Positions 26,774 to 39,459 of a stretch of 64,000 nucleotides of DNA are shown one piece after another. Made by a program: the position numbers and the translations under genes. The notes below the pieces were generated by a model. It searched no databases and was not told where the DNA came from. It was given only the letters and a program-made list of their open reading frames with translations. The DNA lies in the NCBI GenBank assembly GCA_002104905.1, contig MCFE01000185.1:1-64000 (forward strand), given 5' to 3'. Each line of letters begins with the position of its first letter. Position 1 is the first letter of the stretch. The DNA is from Basidiobolus meristosporus CBS 931.73. Its lineage: Eukaryota; Fungi; Basidiobolomycota.

Positions 26774-29700
26774 TGTTGTGATTATTGAGTTTTCACCTAA
26801 ATATTCATTCTGACTTAGTCACATAAATATGATTCTCTGATTAGCCTTCTGTCCCAACCAAATTTCTTGTTGGGATTTACTTAGAATATATTCACCAAAT
26901 TATCAGGTGCCCAGATTATGATCTTTCGCAAAGTTGTCCAAAAGCCCCCAAACCTTGCACACATATTCTTGGGACCTTCCTTAGTGTTGTAAGAGTCTTG
27001 GAGATACTGGAAGTGATTGGGAGAACAAGTAGATTATGTGGTTTTCACTTAATGATTTATTGAATATAACAGTAGTATTAATACTTTTACCTGGTCTAGG
27101 CATTACAAACACATAGAATAGGTTAACAAAGGTCCCAAGAGCATGTGTGCAAAGTTTGAGGCTGTTTGGACAACTTTGAGAATTTTTATGTTCTGGGTAC
27201 CTGGTATTTTGGTGAAAATATTCTATGTAAATCCCAACAAGGAATTTGGTCAGTATTCTCTAGGATTTGAAGATAATGATCTAAGTGACTAAGTTAGGTG
27301 AATATTTAGGTGGAAATTCAAATTTTTACAACACTCCCACTCAGCTAAATTTTCATACTGACTAGTCCTAATTTTGACCTAAGATATTCAAACTTGTCTC
27401 TAGCTAATGGTTTGGTAAATATGTCTGCAATCATTTCATCTGTAGGACAGTAAGCTAAGCTAACTAAGTTATTCTCTATAGCTTCACATATGAAATGATG
27501 TCTAATATCTATGTGCTTGGTTCTAGCATGAAAAGTTGGATTTCTACCTAATTGTATACATCCTTGATTATCTTGAAATAAAGTAATAGGTGTTTTTTGA
27601 CATAGGCCTAAATCTGTAAAAGATTTTCTTAACCACATTGCTTCTTTTGTAGCTTCACAGGCTGCCATATACTCTGCCTCTGTGGTAGAAAGTACTACGG
27701 TTGGTTGCTCTCTTGAATTCCATGAAATTACTCCTTTACAGTAAAGAAAGGTGTATCCTGTGGTGGATCTTCTGTCTTCTAAATTTTGTCCCCAATCAGC
27801 ATCAGAGTATCCCACAAGATCCTGTTCTGAATTCCTTATAAGTGTATCACAAGCAGATATCAGCAGCTCCTTTTAGGTATCTAAAAATCCGCCTAACTGC
27901 TGCAATATGATCAGATCCATAGTTCTGATTATGTTGGCTGACAACTCCCACTGAATATGAGATATCTGGACGTGTTCCAAGCATGATATACATCAGACTG
28001 CCAATCATAGATTGATAAGGAAAGTCAGGGCTTTCAGATGGCACCAAGCTCTCTTGATTTGGTTGAGTTTTGACCAAGTTAAGGTTTGTCTCCTTTGGGG
28101 TAGCTGCCGGTTTATACTATAGTCAGCATTACTTCTTTTGAAACTCAAATATTCCAAATAAGAATCTATCTTGCAATTCCAGGCTCTTGGTGATTGTTTG
28201 AGACCATATAGTGACTTTTTAAGCTTGCAGGCTAAATGGGGGTTATGTTGGTCATCAAGCCCATCAGGCTGGTCCATATACACATCCACATCAAGTTCTC
28301 CATTTAAATATGCAGTTTTTACATCAATTTGGTGAATAGAAAACTTATATTTGGCTGCAATAGCCAATATTAATCTGATGGAATTAAACTTGCTACCGGT
28401 GCAAAGGTCTCAGTATAGTCAAGTCCTTTTATTTAATAGTATCCTTTGGCTACAAGTCTTGCTTTGTATCTCTCAATTGTACCATCAGCCTTGTATTTTG
28501 TCTTGAAGACCCATCTGCATCCAATTGATTTTTGGTTGATTGGTAATTTGACTAAGTCCCAAGTTTGATTTTCCATCAGGGCCTGATATTCCTCAGTCAT
28601 TGCAGATCTCCAAAACTTTGTCTGAGGGCTATTTAGGGCCTCTTTTACAGTCTGGGGTTCATCAATATGGACTGAATAGGCATAGGCTAAATTTGTACCC
28701 TCATTGATATGGTAATTTGGGCTATTTCTTGTCTGATTGGATCTCTGGGCATTTGATACTGGAATGATCATTTCTGGGATATTCTGGGGTACTGATTCTG
28801 GCTGAGCCATGGTTTCAGAGTCCTCTGGAGGGAAAAAATTTTCATTGTTTTGCTCTGATGCAATCCTGACAATTGGCGGACTTGAGATCAAATTTTGTCA
28901 TGATATGATGTCATTTTTTGCAAATATTTTGAATTTTCATCAAATAGGACATCCCTGGACTTGACCAGCTTCTTTGCTTTGGTATTGTAGAGTCTGTATG
29001 CCTTACTCTCATTGCAGTAGCCCAAAAATATGCATTGTACACTTTTTGGTTCAAATTTTGACTGATTCCCGGCCAGTATTTTGGCATATGCTGTACACCC
29101 AAATATTCTTAGATGTTCTGCACTTGGTCTGTATCCATACTATGCTTCAAATGAAGTAGGATCACAAAGTATTCTGTTATAACTCCTATTTTAAGGTATA
29201 CAGCAGTGGCAACTGATTCCGCCCAAAAATTATAGGATAATTTTTGATCATGGATCATAAATCTTGCCATATCAATTATTGATCTGTTAGCTTGTTCTGC
29301 TACTCCATTTTACTGTGGGGAGTATGGTACAGTAGTCTGTTGCTTTATCCCATGAATTTTGCAGAAGTGGATGAAGAGTTTTGAGGTATATTCTCCACCA
29401 TTGTCAGAGTGTATTTTCTTGATTTTTTCACCAGTTTCTCTCTCCACCATGGCTTTAAACTCCCTGAGCTCAGACAGAGCTTCTTCCTTTCTCTCCATGA
29501 AGTAGACCCATGTGTATCTTGTATAATCATCAATAAAAGTGATTAAATACTTCATCCCGCCTAGAATAAATTTTGCATAGGTCCACACAGATCTGAGTGA
29601 ATTAGATCTAATTTTTTCTTAGTTTTCATTAACCCAGAGCTCTTGAACAGTTGTCTGGCTTGTTTCCCATATATGCAGGCTTCACAGTGCTCCAAATTAG

Positions 29701-32700
29701 CTGGGGGATGAATTTTCACTCCAGAAATTAGCTGATCTTTGGTCATTTTGCGCAAATAATCAAAATTGATGTGCCCAAATCTCCTGTGCCAAAGCATTGG
29801 TGTTTCTTCATTTAAGCTACTTATATTGGCTTCCAAATATAATGGAATATAAGTTAATTTGTATAGGTTCTGATCTCTGATACCCAAAGCAATATGAGCA
29901 CCATTTTGATTGGTGATCCTGCATCCAGAATTGTCAAAACTGAATCTGAGTCCTTCTGCTGAGGCCTTGCTTACAGAGAGTAGGTTCTTGGCTATTTCTG
30001 GTACATAGAGTACTTCTTTAAAGGTCAGTGTATGGCTTCCTTCACTGCTTCTGAGGTCTACTTGAATAGTTCCTTCTCCCACTGCATCAAGTATTCTATT
30101 GTCACCCATGAAAACCTTCTTAATTAGAATTTCTGATATTGGGTAAAAAGTTCTTTTTGGTGTGTAAAGTGTTGAGAAGCTCCAGAGTCAATATACCACG
30201 TCTGAGAATCCTTGTTTGTGGTCATATTTAGTGCAGATATGAATAGTCTATCTTCAGTTGTTGCAGCATTTCCATATTCAGGCTTCTTTTGCTGATAATC
30301 TCTCTTTTGGAGACACTGGTCTGATGTGTGTCCTTTCCTTTTGCAGTAGTTACAAAATGGTTGCTGTTGCCTTTGTAGGGTCTTGGGTACCTCCTTTGCT
30401 GGTTATCATTGCTTATTAAAGCATTTTCTATATATTGCAGTGGAGAAGAAGGCCTTGCCTACCAAAGACTCATTCAGTTATCACTCAAGCTGGTTATGAA
30501 GGAGAGTCTATCAAGCTGAAGAGTAAACATGTCAAGAAATTTAGTATATTAATGCTCTACCAATACCTAAGAAAATTGCATAATTCTAGCATTTGAGGGT
30601 CCAGATCAACAATGAGCTATATTGCTATATGTATTCATATGACCACAATTGACTGCTAGACAAGCTCTTGCTTAGGATATTATCCTGAATTGCAAAAAAA
30701 ATAGATCACCATTGAATGATTGCCAAAGGAAGACTTTACCAAATCTGTTGACACTCAAAATAAGGCTGAGAGTGCTAATACTGGAGCTGTTAAGCACCAT
30801 TTTGCACTACCTTTGAATGGGAAAAGCTCTCAGAAACAAGCTCCCTGAGTTGTAAGGATCCTGATGATATATGACACATATATATCCACCTGGAGTATGG
30901 ATATGTACTAAACAATCCAATGGAAGAATGATACATTGCATCAAGTGTTTTGATACTAAGACTAATCCACCAGGAGATAAATATGGAGCTGTTAGACATG
31001 CTAAAACTCTGGTTTGGACAAATCTATCAAAACTTATTTTTGATCTAAGTGGATGCCAACTTTGACTATAATACTCTCAAATAGTCAAATATTCTGGACA
31101 TATGGTGTCTTGAGGTCTTCTATGCTCAAGCACACTGTGGTCCCACCTGTAAGGAGGTCCAGAACCATCCTACAAAAGGAATATCCCTTGGATCATAAGC
31201 AGAGAAAGAAAACAACAAAAATGGAGAATACTACTACCACAAATTAGGGTACTTCCTAAATGGGGGCAAAACCTATGTAGGCTATATTTGGACTATCTGG
31301 CAATGCAGATACATTCCATGGAGCCTCTGGTGCAAAGTTTGCAAGCCAGAAGCCCCAGAAGTGCCTTGAAACTTCAACAGGATCTGTCAGATACTGTAGT
31401 ATACATCAGAGTAGATTATTTAATGCAGAAGTCTTGATGTCTGCTGTCTATGGAGCTGAAAGAAAAAGGTGCAAGGATAAACCTGATGGTTTTTATGGAT
31501 TCTGAAGACACTGAGAAGCTCAGCTAGTCTTACAAACCAAGCTCAAGGTCAATAATAACTACCAGGAGAATAGGGATAATCAAAGACCTTGTAAAGGAGA
31601 ATCCCACTTCTGGATAAGCTCAAGTATCTACTCTACAAGTATATTCTGATAAGACAAAAGCAGCTGTATCAGTCCAGATCAGTAGAAGCACTCTAAAAAT
31701 AGCTACCAAATGACTAATGGTACTTCTCTGACACCAAACTGGGTAAATCAAGAAGCAAGTGGACTTTGAATCTACCACAAACAAAGTAATCAGTCCAAAG
31801 AATGTTACTGCTACATAAGGAAGACAAAGATGACCACTCTAGATCATTTTTGCAGGTCTCAATAACTAAACAGATGTGGTCCAAGTGGGAGCTGGTCTTC
31901 CCAGCACAGAATTGAGCAAAAACCTTTTTTGGCCATGTTTGTATGTGCTGCTGTGCCAGGAAATGAGGATAATCTGGATCAGGCTTAAAGACAAAACCTT
32001 AACTTAGCCCAATATAGGTCATTTCTTTTACCTCATATAGCATCTGTATGATGGAAGTAACTGTCCCTGAACCAAATATGGACATACAGTGATGTTGTCT
32101 AAATGAATTTGACTTTTGCCTGGAAATAAGGAAACTCCAGAACTGCTGTAAATGACAAATCTTAACTTGACTAAAAGTGGGTCAAATTTGCTCAAGTAAG
32201 AAGCATTGGAGAGCCCAGAGGCTATATATCATTACAAAAATCTGCCAATTAGACTTATATTACTATTCCAGCCTGTATAACTGATCACAGCAAATGATCA
32301 GTATTTTTATCAGATCATTCTGATTTTTGAGAATATTATAAGGTAGATATGCATATTAAGTTAAAAGAATCCTGCTCAATTAAGCTGAACACAAATGTAT
32401 ATATTCTTGGATAATATATTTGTCCAGTATGCAACACAATTAAGTTATATACACCTATTACAGATTGCACACTCTCAATAAGTATTTATTACCCATGAAT
32501 ATTTTGCTGAGTGGGAGTGTGGTAAATATTAAGGTGTCACCTAAATATTCATGCTAACTTAGTCACATATACCTTATTCCTTGATTAGCATTCTGTCCTG
32601 ACCAAATTTCTTGTTGGGACTTTGTTAGAATATATTCACTATATTATCAGGTGCCCAGATTATGATCTTTCTCAAGGTTGTCCAAAAGCCCCCAAACTTT

Positions 32701-32866
32701 GCACACATATTCTTGGGATCTTCCTTAGCAGGCTCTACATGTTTGTTTGCTCTACTTTATCAAAAGTACAAATACCACACTTTTAATCAATAAATCTACA
32801 AGTGAATAACATGTAAATCCTCTAGTTCTCCACATCACTTCCAATACTCCTCAGAGTATTTCAACA
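26774..32866 (+). mobile_element. Copia-related LTR family B unit (partial 5' LTR 26774-26984, full 349-bp 3' LTR 32518-32866)
   Basis: 5-bp TSD GTCTT on both sides; PPT GCTGAGTGGGAG before 32518. The 5' LTR breaks at offset 211 where an inverted copia A begins. Confidence 0.8.
26985..30420 (-). mobile_element. Ty1/copia family A element, 5'-truncated, inserted in the family B LTR
   Basis: 3' LTR 26985-27333 plus PPT. CCHC knuckle CNYCKRKGHTSDQC (~30310-30355), protease WYIDSGASQH (~30150-30200), GAG-pre-integrase LWHRRFGH, integrase HSDLCGP, partly deleted RT, and RNase H. Confidence 0.92.
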
Positions 32867-33788
32867 GTCTTTGTCTTCAGGTGATGACATGCTAGAAGCC
32901 ATACAGCCTTGTCAATATTAGCTCACTCTTCATCATTGCACTCAATGGCTTCACAAATCTGTTATATATTTTAATTTTGGTCTTTGGTATAAATACCAAG
33001 TCTCTCCCTCTAATGCTGTGATAGAGTTTTCTGTGAACTTTATCTGTGAGCACTGTCATTTTGCATCAGAGAATTTGTGGTGTTTTCTGCTGTTCAATTG
33101 GGAAATGGCACAATTCTAGGCTGTAACATTGAGCTATCTGAGTTCCTTCTTTGCAGCATCAATACTGTGTAGACTGTCTGGGATATTGACTTCTCTACAT
33201 GTATTATCTGTTCATCCTGTCTTGGGACAGCTTGCTGAGTCCCCTGGGCCATTGCATCTATCCTATTTGCCACTGCACCTATATGCTTCATTAATGCTTT
33301 GGTAGAAGCTGACAATATACTGTCAAAACAGGTGGTGGTGATGTATGGCAGTCATTTGCTGGTCATCCACCAGAGGTACTGAGTCTGCTGCATTCTCATC
33401 AGCTAGATCATCATGATCAGCTCAGGCACTGCAGACTGCACAGATTCTTATTTGTCCACATGATGCACATCCTGGGAGGTCCACATTGTTGACTTCAGTG
33501 GGCACAGTGTTAATATGGTCTTTTTTGGTTGTAGCCCTGATTGCTGCACTGTATGCCAAAGCAAGCTGTTGTCCAACCATTCTTATGCTGCTGTCAGCAA
33601 TGGGGTTTGATTGGAGACCAGGTGACTTTGCTTTTTTTTTTGGCTGCATATATATAGAAGTGAGTCAAACCAACAGGGAAATAGTGTTACTGTCTCAAGC
33701 TCATCTGGGTACTAGCAAAAAAGTGATAAAATGGTGTTATATTGTAGAGTTTCAAGCTGCCTGCCCATTTACAAGAGAACTTTAATTC

Positions 33789-34156
33789 TACTGAAATATT
33801 GGATGTTTGGTATCATTCAGCAGCTAAAAATTAGTTGACAGCTGTTGACTAGTCTTAGTCACTGTAGGACTCATATATAGCCCTGAAGCTGCTACTTTCT
33901 TTCAGATCTATGTCCCTGTGGGTATTCTTGCATAGTCAAGATCAAATAAGCACTTTTTTTAAGCATCATGCATTGACCCTGAGGTTGTGGCAGATTGCTT
34001 CCAAGTATTGAGAAGCCCTCCTGATGTAGTGTCATAGGTGTATTACTCCTACAAAGATACAAATACTTAACCTCTCTATGAACAAATAGCAGTTCAACTA
34101 ACATTACTATTTCTTGACAAGTTTCTTATATCCAATACACTTCTTAAATTGTAATA
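33789..34156. mobile_element. Solo LTR (~370 bp, family C), decayed TGTTG..CAACA ends
   Basis: Homologous to 60275-60644. Flanks AATTC/GATTC (5-bp TSD with one mismatch). Confidence 0.7.
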
Positions 34157-34973
34157 GATTCAATGCCTTAAGTGAAGCAGAAAAAGATCAAGCAGCTATT
34201 GTAGCAAGCCTCTAAGCCATGAAACATGAAGACAGCATAGGGAGTATTACAAGGAACTTGGCCAGCATCTTGTCACACAAGTTATATCTGAGCACTCATC
34301 AGGCACCACTGTTATAGCATTATCTAGCTGGTCACTTAATACTTCCATAACAGTGCCTAGCTGCACTTGCACTGAGTCAAGTGAGCTTGCGGTGAACATG
34401 ACTTGCAAAGTAATAGATCTGAGGAAGAATGCTTACTGGTGGACTGTGCCCTTTTCTCTCCTCACAACAATACCCTGAATGAGCCTAGCAAAATCCCATA
34501 AGGAGATTACACAAGACTTGTAGAAAAAGATGCTAAGGACACTCTATGGAGACAAGTAGGCCCAGGAGTCCTTCTGCTGGTGAATGATGCAATGTTGTGG
34601 CTAGAGAAGTGGTGTGTTTCTACAAATATTAGTAATGAGGGTTATGAGGACCAATGATACCTCCTGCCAAAGTTATTCCAGGATGCTACTCACCATGTGC
34701 ATGGTACAAATGTACAACTGTCTTGTGGCTGGCAGTTTATAGCCCAGAGATCATCTTGATACCAGCATGTGCTAATAGTTGCCTGGCAATGCATTATCAA
34801 TCCTGCGCAAGAATCTCTGATATTTGATGGCAAACAATACAATAAACTAAGAAGTGATGGCCACTTTGAAGGTATGCATTGCCATGCTATTGCCTTAGCA
34901 CTTGATGAATTCTTATTAAACAAGTACCCTGTCACCAAATCCAGTGGATGTTACTGCTGTTGAATATGTGAGC

Positions 34974-36131
34974 TGTAGTAATGGGGAGTATTCCATCACT
35001 ACAATATCTCAAAACCAATATTGCACTGATTTCATTATTTTGCTTTTGCTATTATAACACACAAATGAAAGATCAAGAAATTCTAACTTTGAAAGACAAA
35101 TGCTCAAGACCCTGACAAGCAATCCACACAAGAATATCATGTCATGCAGAACACTCTGTAGCCAACACATGTTTGAAATTATAGAAATTTGAAGCATGTT
35201 ATAAGGAGTCATGATCAAAAGAGTGCAACAACCATATATACTAGGCCTTGATTGCTAGGATGACAATAGTGACTTCAATTGCGTTTGACTTTTGACCCAG
35301 CCAATCAACCCATGTGATATCTCTACAGGTGCTGCACCTATGTCCAATCTATGCAACTGCAAAGTTTTAGCTTTGTACCACATGTGTTGCTTGCACAATC
35401 ACCCAAAACTTTGATCCTTCAGAATTTTTGTATATATGATTTCCCCAGCTGAAAATAAAAGAGAGCTTCTCTTTCCAGAATCTCCACACTACAATTACAA
35501 GATTAAAGGTTATAAGACTTCCCCTGCATCACTTCCACTGCTGAGTATTCTGACTCTGATTGGTACTACATCATTAAAGAGACTGCAAAGCACATACAAA
35601 TACAGCAGAAGTTCTACAAGAATACTACCACTTTACTGTTGGAGAAGTCCCTGCTAAGAAACCCTTCTACTCTAAAGACACCCCTTTAAGAAATTCTTAT
35701 ACTCTAAAGAAGCCCTTTAGGAACCCCTTTAGTGTAAAGTCTGCTTTAAAGACCACTGTAAGAAGCCCCGTTGTTCTAAAGACACCATTTTAAACACCCT
35801 TTTAGGCCTAAGGACCCATTTGAAGACCCTTACACCACATCCCTTCAGGTTAAGGGGGAGTTCAGAAATTCCATGTTAAGAAATATTGTCTTCCTCAAGC
35901 AAATAAGCCCAATAGTCAACAAAAGGTCAGAACACAACTGTAGATGTGAGAGCACTGCCTGTAGTATATTCTGAGCCTAAGATTGAGGATATTTGGGAAA
36001 GTTATATCTATAATTGGTATATCAAACTCCCATTGAGCTATTTCAGCTTTTGCATACTGGAAATTATTACATAGTGCTGATCAGCCTCTACATTGTAAGA
36101 CAAGCCCCTAACTAATTAGATCATAACACAA
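34974..36131 (+). mobile_element. ~1.16-kb solo-LTR-like repeat (family G3)
   Basis: Inverted homologue of 52814-53985 along its full length; interrupts the CACTA copy A transposase; no TSD seen for this copy. Confidence 0.7.
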
Positions 36132-37167
36132 CAGTGCTTCAGGGGATTTACTTTCCAACTCACTTACATTATTATTTTCCAAACACCAACACTTCTAGCA
36201 TCATTTTCCCACAGAAAGAACATGCTCAAGTCAGCAGGCAGTTGCAGCAAAGCTGGAAAGCTATAAGCCATTGGCCAGAATAAGGAGTCAATCAATAACT
36301 GGCAATACTTAAGCTAGAGAGAATTTGCAGGTGCAAAGGAACTCACTAGGAGCAATGCACTTGCTCCTCAACAATATCCCTATAGTAATGATATATTTGC
36401 AAATAGGGCATTTCAAGCTAAGTTAGACCCCTGATACAGGGGAGGAACTATAAAGAGCTGGCAAGATACTACAGAGTATCTGTCACTTTAAAGTACATCT
36501 TACAAGCTCCAATCAAAATTGATACTTATATGCAACAATGCCAATGCAAGGACTAGCTGCACTGAATATGTCTTTATTTAAGTGATCTCCTGAAGCCATT
36601 TCTACTGAGAGTACATTGAAAGCATTAGCAGCTATATGTTGATTTATATGTGTATTTATCAAGAAGCAGATCATCAAAATCAATTTGGTATATCAAAACC
36701 TTTGATGCTAGAGCTATATAACAGGGTTTGAGTGTCTATAGCATATGCATATAGCTGAATGCATAGATCTCTGACACTGCTGTATTCATTCTCTGCTCCA
36801 TCTTGCTAGGTGCGTGGGGAATATTGGGCCATGCAGTACCTTTTGGGAGTTTCTGACCCTATGGAAAATTATTGAGCTGATCCCATCAAAAGGCCATCAC
36901 AAACTTAATGTCCCATGTCAGGACTCTGTCCAGAGACCGTTGGAAAATAATTGCACCCCAGATTTCACAAAAAACTTTGTCAAAATTTTTCATCACAACA
37001 ATGTATAAGTGGCTTTTGATTGGTTCCCTGCCAATTTGCTCACTTTCTGATCCTGGACATTCTATTGCCTCCTACGTTTGTGTGAATTGATTGGCTATTG
37101 CCTCTTTATCACACTCCTTACTTCCTGACTCAGCCGTTTCTCTTACTTTTCATGCATACAAATTGAT

Positions 37168-39237
37168 TTATTTTGGTTGAAACTTCAGTTGTACCTCAAT
37201 TGCCAATTGTATTGACCTATACAAGTCTGTATACCCTACACGAACATTAAGCCCAACCCCACACTCAACAAGTAGCTCCATTAAAATCCACCACTCAATA
37301 AGTATTTCTGCTGTAATGCTCTGGTTCCATAACTTTGGCGGGAACCCAACAGCTTTATGCCACTGTTCTTTAACTGGTTCCCACACGTCCTGGCCTTCAG
37401 CTGGCACTGCAAGGTCTAGCTCCTCATCTGCCAGTCTTTGCAATAAATCCTTGCAATATTCCAGTGCGTTTTCTTGAGCACTGCTCTTGAAGAAGTGCTG
37501 CAACCTCTTGGTGTGCCTATTAATGTTCCAAAATTCCACTGAGGGCATGGTGATAGTCTGTTGAGCTCTTGACATTGTAGCCTTGTCTGTCAGTGGGATC
37601 TCCACTCTGTCAACAATGGAGGCTGTGGAGGCTGTGGTAGACAAATTGCCTTTTTCAGCAAACTCATCTACCTTGCTGGAGTGTAGCTCAACTGGCTGCG
37701 CTTCCAACTCTTGTGAAAACAGCTGCTTTTTTGTTGGTAATTCTTCTTGGCTATGATGGGATTCAGTCTGTTCCTGGCTTGCAGCGTTAATTGGCAAGAA
37801 CTGCAGTTTTTTTTGCATGCTTCCCTGTCTCAGGCTTGGGTAGAAATTTTTCCCTTTACCTTTTCCTTTATCATCGCCAGGTCTTTCACTGCTGCTTTGT
37901 CTGAGTGCTTCTTGTAAAGAACTACATTTTCACCTGGATAAATTCTGCTCTGACGCATCTGTTTTGGCCTGCTTGTCCCTTGCGGGCACTCTTCTGGCAA
38001 CCTGATGTTTCTTTTCAGCTTGTTTTGAGCTCTCAACCATAGTTGTGATGGGCTCCTGTAAAAGCGGCTGGTTTTTATCACTGCCAGGTCCTTCACTGCT
38101 ACTTTGACTGGGTGCTTCTTGAGTGGTACTATACTTTTTCCTTGATAAATGTTGTGCTGGTGCATCCATGTCTGCCTGCTTGTCCTTAATTGGCACTCTT
38201 CCAGCTGCCTGACATCTCTTTGATGCTTGTCTGGAGCTTTTTGCCCTGCTTGTAATGGGCTCTTGAGGAAGCCGCTGGTTTTTAGCCATGGCACCCTTGT
38301 TCTTCTGCCTTTGAAAGTTTCTGCTGTTCTTAAGATACTTTCTTAGCATACCAATGCTGGCCCAAAAACCATTTGCCCGTTTGAATCCAGGATAATGCTC
38401 ATGGAACAAGTCAAGTGCATTCTGCTTGGCCTTGGGTTCCTGATAGTCCCATGGTATGCTGGCCTTAAGGTGATGGAGTGCTAGACTTCTGACGGCCTCT
38501 TATATATTAGCCCACTCTTCATTATTGCACTCAACAGCTTCACGGATTTTCAATGTCTTTTGATTTTTAGGCTTTGGTATAAACACCACATTATTCCCCT
38601 CCCATGCTGTGATAGGTTTTTCTGTGTGCTTTATCTTTGAGCACTTTTGTTGTGCTTCAACAACTGTATGGTGTTCCTCTGCCGTTACATCAGGAAATGA
38701 CTCAATTCTTGGCTGTGACATTGAGCTACTTGAGTTCCTTCTTTGCAGCAAAGATACTGCTTTCTCTACCTGGGATATGGATTGCTCTACACATATTATC
38801 TGCTCATCCTGTTTCTGGACTACTTCCTGATTTCTCTGGGCCATTGCATCTATCCTATCAGCCACTGCACCTAATTGCTTCATTAATGCTTTGGTATGAG
38901 CTGACAACATACTTGCTAATATGGGTGGTGGTGATGTTATCATGGCCACTTGCTGATCATCAACAGAGGGTACTGAGTTTGCTATGTTCTCATCTGCCTG
39001 AGCATAACAGTCAGCTTGTGACTCCGCAGAGGTTCTCAATTGCCTACTTGACTGAGAGCCTGAGGAGTCCGCATTATTACCCTCAATGGGCACACTGTCC
39101 ACAGGGCCTTTTTTGGATGTAGCCCCGCTTGTTGCACTGAATGTCAAAGCAAGCTGTTGTCCAACCGTTCTTCTGCTGCCGTCAGCAGTGGGGTTTGGTT
39201 GAGAACCAGACAACTTTGCTTTATTTTTTGGCGGCAT
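37168..39237 (-). pseudogene. CACTA accessory ORF2 (function unknown), disrupted
   Basis: ORFs 38500-39237, 37930-38409 and 37168-37818 are colinear with copies at 44.6-46.6 kb and in copy A. A CAA-to-TAA stop occurs at 38500, where copy C reads Q. Confidence 0.75.
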
Positions 39238-39459
39238 ATATATAGAAGTGAGTTAAACCAAAGGGGAAATAGTGTTACATATACATGTGTATGTGGTGCC
39301 ACATCTTTATTTATAATGCTTACTATGGTGGGTCAGCATTGAATCTTACATTCATGTAGGTGCAATGTCTCAAATACAAAACTGTCTTAAGTTCACATGA
39401 GTATTGCCCAAAAAATGATAAAATAGTGTTACGTTATTGAAGGTCAAACTGTTTGCCCC

